Positions 36,102 to 44,841 of a DNA stretch of 64,000 nt are shown here, piece by piece; the first letter of the stretch is position 1; each line of letters begins with the position of its first letter. Made by a program: the position numbers and the translations under genes. A model generated the notes under the pieces. The model saw nothing but the letters and a program-made list of their open reading frames with translations. It had not been told where the DNA came from and did no database searches. Source of the DNA: Candidatus Latescibacterota bacterium (GTDB taxonomy: Bacteria; Latescibacterota; UBA2968; UBA8231); assembly GCA_963422735.1 (NCBI GenBank), contig OY730476.1:2144001-2208000 (forward strand), written 5' to 3'.

Positions 36102-37124
36102 GTGGTCAATGCCGAGCTTGATCGAACGCTCGGGATGCTGGTCAATCTCTTGATAAGCGTCGGCGGCTGCAGCAAAGGGCACGATCGGGTCAATGAGGTC
36201 GTCGGCTTGCAAACGGCCTGCGGCCAACAGGGCCAGCGACTCCTCGCGGATGCGGGCGAAATTCCAACTCGCCTGCGGCAAAGGCTCGCTGCAAGCGCGG
36301 CTGGAGATAACCTGAATGCGGTTGCGGTGCCACTCGCCAGCCAAGCGCAAACCCTGCTCCCCGTGGTAATACGCGGTCGAGACCAAGGTGCCCGCGTAGC
36401 AGGTGGCGCGCATAGCGTCTTCAAACGCACGATAGGAACCGCTCGTTTCAAAGGCGATGTCCGCGCCGATTTTGTCGGTGCGCTGCTTGATCTCCAAGCC
36501 GGCGTCCATTGCCACCGGGTCCAGCGCTAAGTCGGCGTCGTGGCGCAGGGCGGCGTTGCGTCGCCGCTCGATGGGATCGACGACTCCCACCCAGCGCGCC
36601 CCGCACAGACGCGCTGCCTGCGCGACCATCAGCCCGATGGCACCGAGTCCAAAGACAGCGACGCGGTCCCCCAAGCGCACCGCGCCATCGCGCACTGCGC
36701 CGACGGCAAAGTCGGCCGGATCCCAATACATGATGGCTTGCGGCGAGATTCCGTCTGGGGCCTTTTGCACGCGCGCCGCCGCTAAGGTGTGCGTTTCGCG
36801 GATGGGCAAATGCGCGAAGATCCGGTCGCCTTCGCGCAGCGTGGTAACTTCGGCACCTTTTTGGACGACCTTGCCCAAGCACATGTTGCCGAGGCGGCGG
36901 GGGAAGCCGCCGGCCGCGGATTCACCGCGGCGGTGCAGGCCCAACTCGCCATCCCAGCGGTCGGATGCGTCGGGCGTGTCGGCGCGAAAGCCGCGCAGTT
37001 CGGTGCCGTGCTTGACCGAACTGAAGAGGCTTTGGACGCGGATTCCGTCCGGGGCTAAGGGCGGTTCTTGGTATGAGCTAAAGACAGCGTGGCCGGGGCG
37101 GTCGGCAATCAATTCGAGCGGCAT
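36096..37124 (-). CDS. Zinc-binding (MDR) alcohol dehydrogenase-like protein
   Basis: GTE, GDRVAVFGLGAIGL, VDPIERRR, GADIAFETSG. Confidence 0.88.
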   Translation of the reverse strand: MPLELIADRPGHAVFSSYQEPPLAPDGIRVQSLFSSVKHGTELRGFRADTPDASDRWDGELGLHRRGESAAGGFPRRLGNMCLGKVVQKGAEVTTLREGDRIFAHLPIRETHTLAAARVQKAPDGISPQAIMYWDPADFAVGAVRDGAVRLGDRVAVFGLGAIGLMVAQAARLCGARWVGVVDPIERRRNAALRHDADLALDPVAMDAGLEIKQRTDKIGADIAFETSGSYRAFEDAMRATCYAGTLVSTAYYHGEQGLRLAGEWHRNRIQVISSRACSEPLPQASWNFARIREESLALLAAGRLQADDLIDPIVPFAAAADAYQEIDQHPERSIKLGIDHG

Positions 37125-37243
37125 GAGGCAAACTCCTATGAGGGAGGTTAAGTCGCGTTGACATGAACGGGCGAAAGCGTCTGGACAATGTAGGGACTGC
37201 CCGCACCCTTAGTAGTCTTTCAAATACGTTTTGCCTTAATCCA

Positions 37244-37270
37244 CTGGATTCCCGCCTTCGCGGGAATGAC
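37244..37270. repeat. REP-like palindrome
   Basis: ctggattcccgccttcgcgggaatgac; an inverted relative lies at 37646. Confidence 0.85.
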
Positions 37271-37424
37271 TTACGGAATTTCCTAGTGTACGGTTGGGAA
37301 TTCAGGTTTCATTTAGGCGGTTTCACTCGGCCTGCCCGTAGCCCTCGTCCCGGCCAGCGCGGCCCCCCACGTCAATGTTCCGTGGCCAGTCGCCGGGTAC
37401 CCGCCGCCAAGGAGGCGGATGGAA

Positions 37425-37618
37425 CTGACCCCTAACCCCTGACCCCTGACCCCTAACCCCTGACCCCTGACCCCTGACCCCTAACCCCTGACCCCTGACC
37501 CCTGACCCCTGACCCCTGACCCCTGACCCCTGACCCCTGACCCCTGACCCCTGACCCCTGACCACTGACCCCTGACCCCTGACCCCTGACCACTGACCAC
37601 TGACCACTGACCACTGAC
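37425..37618. repeat. Long heptamer tandem array (CTGACCC/CTAACCC/CTGACCA), about 27-28 units
   Basis: 194 nt of near-perfect 7-mer periodicity; reads GGGGTCA/GGGGTTA on the minus strand. Confidence 0.98.
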
Positions 37619-37645
37619 TTATTTCGTTCTCCTGCACAAGCAGGA

Positions 37646-37696
37646 CGTCATTCCCGCGCAAGCGAGCTTCATCGCGCCTTTAGGCGCGACATCCAG
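37646..37696. repeat. REP palindrome interrupted by a TTTAGG hairpin unit
   Basis: cgtcattcccgcgcaagcgag-cttcatcgcgcctttaggcgcgac-atccag. Confidence 0.8.
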
Positions 37697-37826
37697 CCTA
37701 TGCAACCCGCCCCTACAAATGCATATTTGTCAACGCAACGTCTGCCTCGGAGCGCGGGTGTCTCCGCCCGCATTCGCGTAGAGGCCGCTCTTGTGGCGGC
37801 CCTCGGACACCCATCAACGATAAAGA

Positions 37827-38936
37827 ATGAACGCATACCAACGCTTCGTCCGACCCCTCCTGTTCCGCTGTGATCCAGAGCGCATCCACGAGCAGACCCT
37901 CGCGCTTGGCGAGCGGGTCGGGGCCTCTGCGGCGGGCCGCCTTCTGCTTTCCAGCCTCTTTGCCTTTGCGGACGTGCGGCTTTCTATCCAAGTGGGCGGC
38001 TTGCGCTTTGCCAATCCGCTGGGCATGGCCGCCGGGTTCGACAAAAACGGCCGGGTGATCCAAGCGCTTGCGGCCATGGGCTTTGGGTTCGTGGAGGTGG
38101 GGTCTGTATCGGCGCATCCTTCGGCTGGGAATCCGCGACCCCGCTTGTTCCGCCTGCCATTAGACGAGGCCATTGTGGTCAATTATGGGGTGCCCAACGA
38201 TGGGGCTGCGGTCGTGGCCGAGCGCATGTCCCAGCAGCCGACGCCCGGGCCCTTGGGGATCAACCTAGTCGAAACCAATACCGGGCGGGCCGTTGCGCCC
38301 GATGCGGTCGTGGCCGAGCTAGCCACGGCCCTAGTGCCCTTTGTGGGGCGGGCCGACTACATCGCATTCAACCTCAATTGTCCGAACACCGCAGGCGGCG
38401 TCAGCCCATTCACCGGCGGGGATCACTTGCGCGACTTGCTGCGGGAATGCGCTTCCATCGACGACCTGCCCCCGGTCTTTCTCAAGCTCACGGCACACAC
38501 CGATCCGGCGCGGCTGAACTGGATGCTGGAGACGGTCGATCCGTTTGCTTTCGTCAAGGGCTTCATCTTCAACCTGCCGCCGGGAACGAACTATCCGCTC
38601 AAGTCGTCGGCTCACCTCTTAGCCTCCCTGCCCGGAACCTTGTGCGGCCGGCCCGTTCAGGCCCTGATCGACGAAACCGTGCGCTTCTGGTACGGGCGGA
38701 TCGACCGCCAGCGGCACGCGATCATCGGCGCGGGGGGGATTTCATCGGCCCGAGACGCCTACCGCAAAATTCGCCTTGGGGCTTCGCTGGTGCAGTTATA
38801 CTCTGCGCTGATTTTCAGGGGGCCGGGAGTTGTGCGGCAAATTAACGCGGGATTAGCGTGCCTGTTGGAGCGCGATGGGTTTGCCCGGGTGGCAGACGCA
38901 GTTGGAATTGACAATCGGCCCAAAGCCTTGGCGTGA
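37827..38936 (+). CDS. pyrD: Dihydroorotate dehydrogenase (quinone), class 2-like
   Basis: NPLGMAAGFDKNG, GNPRPRLFRL, NLNCPNT, IGAGGI, GASLVQLYSAL.F.GP. Confidence 0.9.
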   Translation: MNAYQRFVRPLLFRCDPERIHEQTLALGERVGASAAGRLLLSSLFAFADVRLSIQVGGLRFANPLGMAAGFDKNGRVIQALAAMGFGFVEVGSVSAHPSAGNPRPRLFRLPLDEAIVVNYGVPNDGAAVVAERMSQQPTPGPLGINLVETNTGRAVAPDAVVAELATALVPFVGRADYIAFNLNCPNTAGGVSPFTGGDHLRDLLRECASIDDLPPVFLKLTAHTDPARLNWMLETVDPFAFVKGFIFNLPPGTNYPLKSSAHLLASLPGTLCGRPVQALIDETVRFWYGRIDRQRHAIIGAGGISSARDAYRKIRLGASLVQLYSALIFRGPGVVRQINAGLACLLERDGFARVADAVGIDNRPKALA

Positions 38937-39036
38937 TTGGAGTGCGCTAATGGGACTCGCTTCAAGACTTTTCCTGAGTCGAACTGAGAATGCAATGGGC
39001 TTTGTCAAGATCGCCGTCGCCAGCAACCTATAGCAG

Positions 39037-39804
39037 ATGGAGGAAGACATGTGGCATTTACTGACCCTTCTCATGGCTCTTTCCGCGACATCGGCAAACG
39101 CGATGGAAGGCCTCGAGTTGTTGAACGTCGAAGAAACAATCGACTCAGCGCGCTTGGTCCGCTTTACCGGAACGGTCCAGAACACGAGAAATCAGTCGAT
39201 TCTCTTGCCCAAAATTGTCGTCTCGCTCAAGAAAGAGGGGAAGGTCATGGGAATTTTCATAGGGACAATCTCGGGTCCGACGGATGGCTACTATCAGCTA
39301 CACCCCGGAGAAATCGGGATATTCGACGTCCATACGGGCGTGACGCGCGATCAATATGACGAGTTTAGCGTTCGATCAGATGGTGGCTTGAACGGCCTAG
39401 ACAATGGATCGAACGACTTTGACCGTTCCCTTCTCACTGGCGATCTAACCCTCGTCGAGGATAGCTTCAACCTCACCGCCGACTGGGGGGAAAACGCGCT
39501 TTTTTTTGGCGAACTGCTCAACGGTACCAACGCAATCCTCCAAGCTATAAATGTCAGGATTAGCCTGTTCGACGCAAAGGATGCCTTTATCGGCGCAGCG
39601 ACAATCCCCAGACTGTATCTTCCCAATGAATTGTCTCCCGGCGAGGTGCTTTCGTTTCAAGCCACAAGCGACGTGCCTCTGTCGAACGTGGTCCGTTGGG
39701 AAATCAGCATCGAGTACGCGCCGGCGAGATTGGGACACGGCGATGCGACGGCAGTTGGCGACGCTACTTGGGGAGAGGTGAAGCACTCGCAGAGACTCCG
39801 ATAG
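39037..39804 (+). CDS. Secreted hypothetical protein with two FxLYD-like Ig domains and C-terminal TWGEVK motif
   Basis: Signal peptide, GTVQNT..LHPGE and GELLN.T..LFD..G..LSPGE..F repeats, TAVGDATWGEVKH tail. Confidence 0.75.
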   Translation: MEEDMWHLLTLLMALSATSANAMEGLELLNVEETIDSARLVRFTGTVQNTRNQSILLPKIVVSLKKEGKVMGIFIGTISGPTDGYYQLHPGEIGIFDVHTGVTRDQYDEFSVRSDGGLNGLDNGSNDFDRSLLTGDLTLVEDSFNLTADWGENALFFGELLNGTNAILQAINVRISLFDAKDAFIGAATIPRLYLPNELSPGEVLSFQATSDVPLSNVVRWEISIEYAPARLGHGDATAVGDATWGEVKHSQRLR

Positions 39805-39885
39805 CTGGACGCTCTCGCCCATCAGGGGAGCTTTGGCTTAGCCTGCCTTTATATAACAAGCCTCAAAGACCGGTGTTTTACGGCC

Positions 39886-40015
39886 GCAGCTATACTCAGC
39901 GCTGGTTTTCAGGGCCGGGAGTCGTGCGGCAAATCAATGCGGGGTGGAGCGCGATGGGTTTGCCCGGGTGGAAGACGCGGTCGGCATCGACAATCAATCA
40001 AAAGCTGCAGTGTAG
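39886..40015 (+). pseudogene. Displaced degenerate duplicate of the pyrD 3' end
   Basis: Aligns with 38792-38936, with mostly synonymous changes, two small deletions and a stop in the same register. Confidence 0.9.
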
Positions 40016-40020
40016 CGTCC

Positions 40021-40908
40021 CTACCGAATGCGAGCGTTGATCTGCAAATCCCACGCTCGCCAGTAGTACTTGAGCGGATCGTCCGCGTCCCACTTGGCGT
40101 AAAGGTCCTCCCAATCCGCAAAGTGCATGTGCGGCTCTAGCGAGTCTTCGCGCACCGGGTGGCTCATGGGCTGATAGCGATAGTCGAGTGAGATGCGCAG
40201 GCGATCGCCGCTTTCGTTGTCTTGGCCCTGATGAGCGGTGAGACTGTGGCATATAAGCACGTCGCCAGCGCAAAAGTCGCCGCCCGTCCACAGCGTGTCC
40301 TCGGGCAGCGCGACGGCGTGGCCGCCAGCGCCGGTCGCCTTTGTAACGCTTAGCTTGCCGAGCTTGTGGCTGCCCGGCGCCACCGCCAAGCTGCCCAGCG
40401 CAGCCGGACAGTCGCCGCCCGGGATCCAAGCGGTCCACGTCTCGTCGGTGCCGCCGATGTAGAAATTGTCCTGATGCGGCGGCGTGGTATGGGCCAAAGC
40501 ATTGGGAAAAATTACCCGGCAGATATTGCGGCTGTGGGGCAGGGCCTCCTCGCCGAAAAGCGTTGCGAACATCGCCAAGATCGCCGGGTGCAAAGCCAAG
40601 GCATTGAAGGCGCGTAACCGCTGGACATCAATGTAAAAGGCAATCCACTCGGGCGAATCGCCTTCGATGAAAAGCTGCCCGTCGCGCACGACTCCATCCA
40701 TCAAGGGCGCGTCGTCGTCGAGCCAGCCGTGCTTTTGGCAGACTTCGAGGATCTGGCGGCGCAGGTCGAGCACCGACTCTGTATCCAGCAGTGAGCGGAA
40801 GAACAAATAGCCCTGCTCGGCCGCGCGCTCGCGCAAGGCGTCAGGCGCGTCGAGCAGGGAGGTGGAATCGACAAAAGGTTCGAGGTTGATCATGGTTTGC
40901 TGGGCCAT
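40021..40908 (-). CDS. PhyH-family dioxygenase
   Basis: QGYLFFR, TPPHQD, TAWIP, LAVAPGSH, GDVLI.HSLTAH, RISLDYRYQ; start MAQQ at 40908. Confidence 0.92.
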   Translation of the reverse strand: MAQQTMINLEPFVDSTSLLDAPDALRERAAEQGYLFFRSLLDTESVLDLRRQILEVCQKHGWLDDDAPLMDGVVRDGQLFIEGDSPEWIAFYIDVQRLRAFNALALHPAILAMFATLFGEEALPHSRNICRVIFPNALAHTTPPHQDNFYIGGTDETWTAWIPGGDCPAALGSLAVAPGSHKLGKLSVTKATGAGGHAVALPEDTLWTGGDFCAGDVLICHSLTAHQGQDNESGDRLRISLDYRYQPMSHPVREDSLEPHMHFADWEDLYAKWDADDPLKYYWRAWDLQINARIR

Positions 40909-40912
40909 TGAA

Positions 40913-41365
40913 TCACTCCTGTTCTTTGTCCCAAAAGGCTTGTAAAATGTCGATGTACTCGGCGGAAAGTCCGTGTTTAATAGCCCCCCGGATGACGGCG
41001 TTGAGATATTCCTCCGAGGGCGGATAGTGGTGTCCAGCATCGAGGCGGGAGAGATACGTCCAAACTTCGCCAAACTTAGGGATGGTTATCTCGTCCCGCC
41101 GGTATTTAGTGCCCTCGCTTTCGTAGTGGTCGAGGCGGCGAAGGTCTTCCGGCGTCACTGCATAGATGACGCCTTCGACGAATGCTTCCTCGTTGGGCCG
41201 GATACTGGCCACGCCCATGCCGCTGCGCGTGAAGGAGATCATCGGGAAACACAACTCGTAGCCTTCTAGGCGCACCACAGAGTGGAGACGGGCACCCGGG
41301 CAACGAGCCTGCATCTGGCTCCAAAGCAAATTGGACCCGTAGGCAAAGTAGAGCAATTCGGCCAT
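40913..41365 (-). CDS. Gamma-glutamylcyclotransferase family protein
   Basis: YFAYGSNL, VEGVIY, LDHYE, PSEEYL..I..GA..HGL. Confidence 0.9.
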   Translation of the reverse strand: MAELLYFAYGSNLLWSQMQARCPGARLHSVVRLEGYELCFPMISFTRSGMGVASIRPNEEAFVEGVIYAVTPEDLRRLDHYESEGTKYRRDEITIPKFGEVWTYLSRLDAGHHYPPSEEYLNAVIRGAIKHGLSAEYIDILQAFWDKEQE

Positions 41366-41562
41366 TACCCGAACTCCTTCTGTTGGGGGAGAGCCATACC
41401 GCGCAAGCTACCACCTCTAGACCACTCGACCCAGCCGCTGAGACCAACATCCGTCTCGATTTTGCAGAAGAGCCACGTCTTGGAAGAATTGGAAGTCAGC
41501 TCGCCGGCATCGTGGCCCGTGGGGACGCTGAATTTGTAGGTTTTGGTTGCGGTGATTTTCAC
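41365..41562 (-). pseudogene. Internally deleted enolase-superfamily (MR/MLE) gene remnant
   Basis: MKITATKTY..KTWLFCKIETDVGLSGW then abrupt end; still TAATG-coupled to the next gene. Confidence 0.7.
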
Positions 41563-41677
41563 GGCCGCATCCTTTGGATTTTGACAAGGAATGCGGATAT
41601 AGTACCATTCAGGCTCGCCACACGCAAACCCTCATTTCCTCAGAGGAATCATGGCCCGGCAACGCTTTCAGGGACCC

Positions 41678-43148
41678 ATGACCAAACGCTTACTACCCAT
41701 CGGCATTCAAACCTTCCACAAAATTCGGGAGCAGAACTGCTACTATGTCGATAAGACCGCCTACATTCGGCGGCTGCTCGACGGAGGCACGCACTACTTC
41801 CTGTCGCGTCCACGGCGCTTTGGCAAGAGCCACGCTCAAGGAGGTGTTTGAGGGCAACGAGCCGCTGTTCGAGGGGCTTCACATCCACGACCGATGGAAT
41901 TGGTCGGTTCGCCATCCCGTCCTGCGGCTCAGCTTTGGCAGCGGCAACCTCAAGGAGCCCGGCTACGTGGAGACGAACCTGATGGCGCAATTGGACGCCG
42001 TCGAACGTCGGACCGGTGTGGCGTCGGACTACGCCACCGGGCCGGAGCGATTCGCTCACCTGCTGGAGGCGCTCGGTGGTGGTGCTGATCGACGAATACG
42101 ACAAGCCGATGCTCGATGCGCTAGAGGTGCCGGAGATCGCCCGCGCCAACCGCGACTTTTTGCGCGGCCTCTACGCGGTCATCAAGGACAGCGACGCGCA
42201 CGTCCGCTTCACGTTCATTACCGGGGTGAGCAAGTTTTCTAAGGTGAGGCTGTTTTCCGGCCTCAACAATCTCACCGACATCACCTTAGACCCGCGCTAC
42301 TCGGCCCTCTGCGGCTACACCGAGGCGGACTTGGATACCATGTTCGCCCCGGAACTCCCCGGCTTGGACCGGGACCAGATCCGCGACTGGTACAACGGCT
42401 ATAGTTGGCTCGGCGACGAGACGGGGTACAACCCTTTTGACCTCCTCCTGCTCTTTCGCCGTCGCCGATTCGCCGCCTATTGGTTTGAGACCGGCACCCC
42501 CACGTTCCTAGTCGAAACGCTGTTCAAGCGCCTCGTCCGTTCCCTAGCACTGGGCGAGATGGAGGGCAGCGACTAACTGCTATCGACCTTTGATGTCGAT
42601 CACATTGCAACGGAAGCACTGCTGCTCCAGACCGGCTACCTCACGATAACGGACGAGGAAGACTTTGGCGGAGAGCCCGTCTATCGCTTCGGGAGGTGCG
42701 CCAGAGCCTGAACCGCAGCTTGCTGCGCTACCTCGTGCGGCTGTATCGGCTGTTGGAGGCCAATGATTTCGCCGGGCTGGAGACGCTCTTCCACGCTTTC
42801 TTCGCCCGCATTCCCTACGAGTGGTACACCAACAACGACATCGCCGATTACGAGGGTTACTACGCGAGCGTGTTCTACTCCTATTTCGCCGGGCTGGGGC
42901 TGGACATCACAGTAGAGGATAGCAGCAGCCACGGCCGGCTGGACATGGCGGTTCTGTTCAACGGCCGCGTCTATCTGTTCGAGTTCAAGGGGGTCGAGAT
43001 GGCGTCTGCGGGTGCAGCTATGAAGCAGTTGCAGGAGCGGCGATATGCAGATAAGTACCGCGCTTTGGACCAGCCGATGTACCTGATCGCCGTGGAGTTC
43101 AGCAAGGATGAGCGCAATGTCGCGGCGTTTGACGTGGAGCGCGCCTGA
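41678..43148 (+). pseudogene. AAA-ATPase-like + PD-(D/E)XK (PDDEXK_9-type) protein, frameshifted with internal stop
   Basis: [23 protein letters not shown]; VVLIDEYDKP; TGVSKFSK; YWFETGTP; stop at 42574-42576; EGYYAS..GRLDM..FEFK. Confidence 0.92.
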
Positions 43149-43179
43149 CAGACGAGGTGGATGTGCTGGCAAAATTCGC

Positions 43180-43216
43180 GTTTGGAACTATGATCCGATT
43201 TCTAGGGGATCGGAAC
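43180..43216 (+). CRISPR. Isolated 37-nt CRISPR-like repeat (degenerate), copy 1
   Basis: gtttggaactatgatccgatttctaggggatcggaac; 28/37 identical to 43666-43702. Confidence 0.55.
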
Positions 43217-43345
43217 GCCTATGACGCCTTCTACGACAAGCGGACAGGCTGGAGCGGTTCGGGCGGCGTGTTGTGCGCCCGCTCATGTTTATCGGCTTGC
43301 TTATTTGGATTCTAATCTAACAACCTAATCCATAAGAGGTTGATT

Positions 43346-43657
43346 ATGTCTTTTGGCGAATTCTTGTTTGGTCTTGCAGCGGAGCTGACGGAGGAACAGG
43401 AGAAACGTCGGCGATACCTATCCCTACAAAGTCATATTCTAGACGGCCGTAGGAATAGGTATCACCCGGTTCTGGCCGGGCGTAAATGCCGTACACCCTC
43501 CTTGGCTAATAATAGGTCTGCCCGTTTTTTAATTCGGTCTTGCCGAAATTCTTCAGACGGGGTGGCTAACAGCCATGTTCTGGGCGATCGTAGGAATAGG
43601 TATCACCCAACTATTCTTGGCCGAGCCACATCAAGGAGGCCGTTTTGGGGCTTTTAG
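43346..43657 (+). pseudogene. Small lower-GC gene, probably a degraded membrane protein, between CRISPR-like repeats
   Basis: AGAGG SD + ATG; alternative frame gives TAVGIGITRFW..WLIIGLPVF..WLTAMFWAIVGIGITQLFL; internal duplication cgtaggaataggtatcaccc. Confidence 0.5.
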
Positions 43658-43665
43658 CCTAACCC

Positions 43666-43702
43666 ATTTAGAATGTTGGCCCGATTTCTAGGGGATTGAA
43701 AC
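43666..43702 (+). CRISPR. Isolated 37-nt CRISPR-like repeat, copy 2
   Basis: atttagaatgttggcccgatttctaggggattgaaac; canonical ATTGAAAC 3' end preceded by a ccc..ggg stem. Confidence 0.65.
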
Positions 43703-43749
43703 GTGAGTTCACTTAGTTCGGCAGCAAACCAAAACAAAGGAAAACACCC

Positions 43750-44841
43750 GTGAAAGCTTGGCGTTTTTATGCCTTCGGCGACATGCGGCTCGACGACATT
43801 GAGCTGGCGGCCTGCCCACCCGACCACGTGTTAGTCGAGCCGCTGGTAGTCCAGCCCAGCGCGACCGAAGTCCAGCTCGCCTTTGGGATTCCGACCTTGG
43901 CGTACGACCACGTCAAGAGCCGGCTGGAGACAGATGCGCCGCTCCAGCTATTCGGCCACGAATTTTGTGCCCGGATCGTAGAGGTCGGGTCAGCCGTCGT
44001 AGGCTACGCACCCGGCGACCGCGTAGCGGCCCGCGCCAAGCTGCCCTGCGGCGATTGCGCCATGTGCCACTCCGAGCGCAGCGACGACTGCCGGCGTGGC
44101 CCGATCATCGGCTTCCAACTGCCCGGCTGCTTTGCCGAGCGCGCCCTGCTCCCGGCCATCGCACTGGTCAAGGTCGATGACCGTATCTCCGACAGTGAAG
44201 CCGCCACTCTGCAGTCGCTGAGCGACAGCATCGCCGGGGTCGAGACCGCGCAGATCCGACCGGGTGATTCCGTCGCCGTCTTTGGCCAAGGCAGCATGGG
44301 CATCGAGAGTATGCAGGCCGCACGCGCCTGCGGAGCGGGCCAGCTCATCACCGTGGACGTGCGGCCCGAGGCTTGCGCGATCTCGCTCGCGCTGGGTGCC
44401 GATCACGCAATCAACGCCAGTGAAGACGATCCGGTCGAAGCGATCCGCGACCTGACCGGTGGCGAGGGCGCAGACTTGGCATTCGAATGCGCCGGCGGCA
44501 GCATCAAGCAGGGGCTAGCCGGCGACCGGGCACTCAAACAGGCCATGCATGCGGTGCGCTCCGGCGGCAAGCTGGTGGGTGTCTCCTGGTTTGGGACACC
44601 ACTAGAACTGGATGTGGACCTGCTGCGGGAGCGCAGCCTGCGCTACCTCTTCCCGGACGTCAGCTCGCAGGCCCATCTAGAATACACAGTGCGGCTGGTG
44701 GCCTCTGGGCGCATCAGCATGAAACCCACCATCCGGCACGTGTTAGAAGGAATCGATAAGGTACCGGAGGCATTTGAAATCACGGCGCACAAAGCCCAGT
44801 ACCAAGCCATCAATCCAGCGCAGGTCGTGATCGCCACCTAG
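43750..44841 (+). CDS. Zinc-dependent alcohol/sugar dehydrogenase (MDR)
   Basis: FGHEF, CGDCAMC..C structural Zn site, GDSVAVFGQG.MG. Confidence 0.92.
   Translation: MKAWRFYAFGDMRLDDIELAACPPDHVLVEPLVVQPSATEVQLAFGIPTLAYDHVKSRLETDAPLQLFGHEFCARIVEVGSAVVGYAPGDRVAARAKLPCGDCAMCHSERSDDCRRGPIIGFQLPGCFAERALLPAIALVKVDDRISDSEAATLQSLSDSIAGVETAQIRPGDSVAVFGQGSMGIESMQAARACGAGQLITVDVRPEACAISLALGADHAINASEDDPVEAIRDLTGGEGADLAFECAGGSIKQGLAGDRALKQAMHAVRSGGKLVGVSWFGTPLELDVDLLRERSLRYLFPDVSSQAHLEYTVRLVASGRISMKPTIRHVLEGIDKVPEAFEITAHKAQYQAINPAQVVIAT

Noticed and set aside
37323-37661. ORF with SGVRGQG repeats
   Set aside because: Simply the translation of the heptamer array and REP sequence.
38792-40015. DGR template/variable repeat pair (also 61089-61212 vs 61760-61886)
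   Set aside because: Mismatches are not adenine-specific, are largely synonymous for pyrD and include indels; no reverse transcriptase in the window.
43180-43702. Canonical CRISPR array
   Set aside because: Only two degenerate repeats 449 bp apart, with no regular spacers or cas genes; kept only as repeat-like elements.
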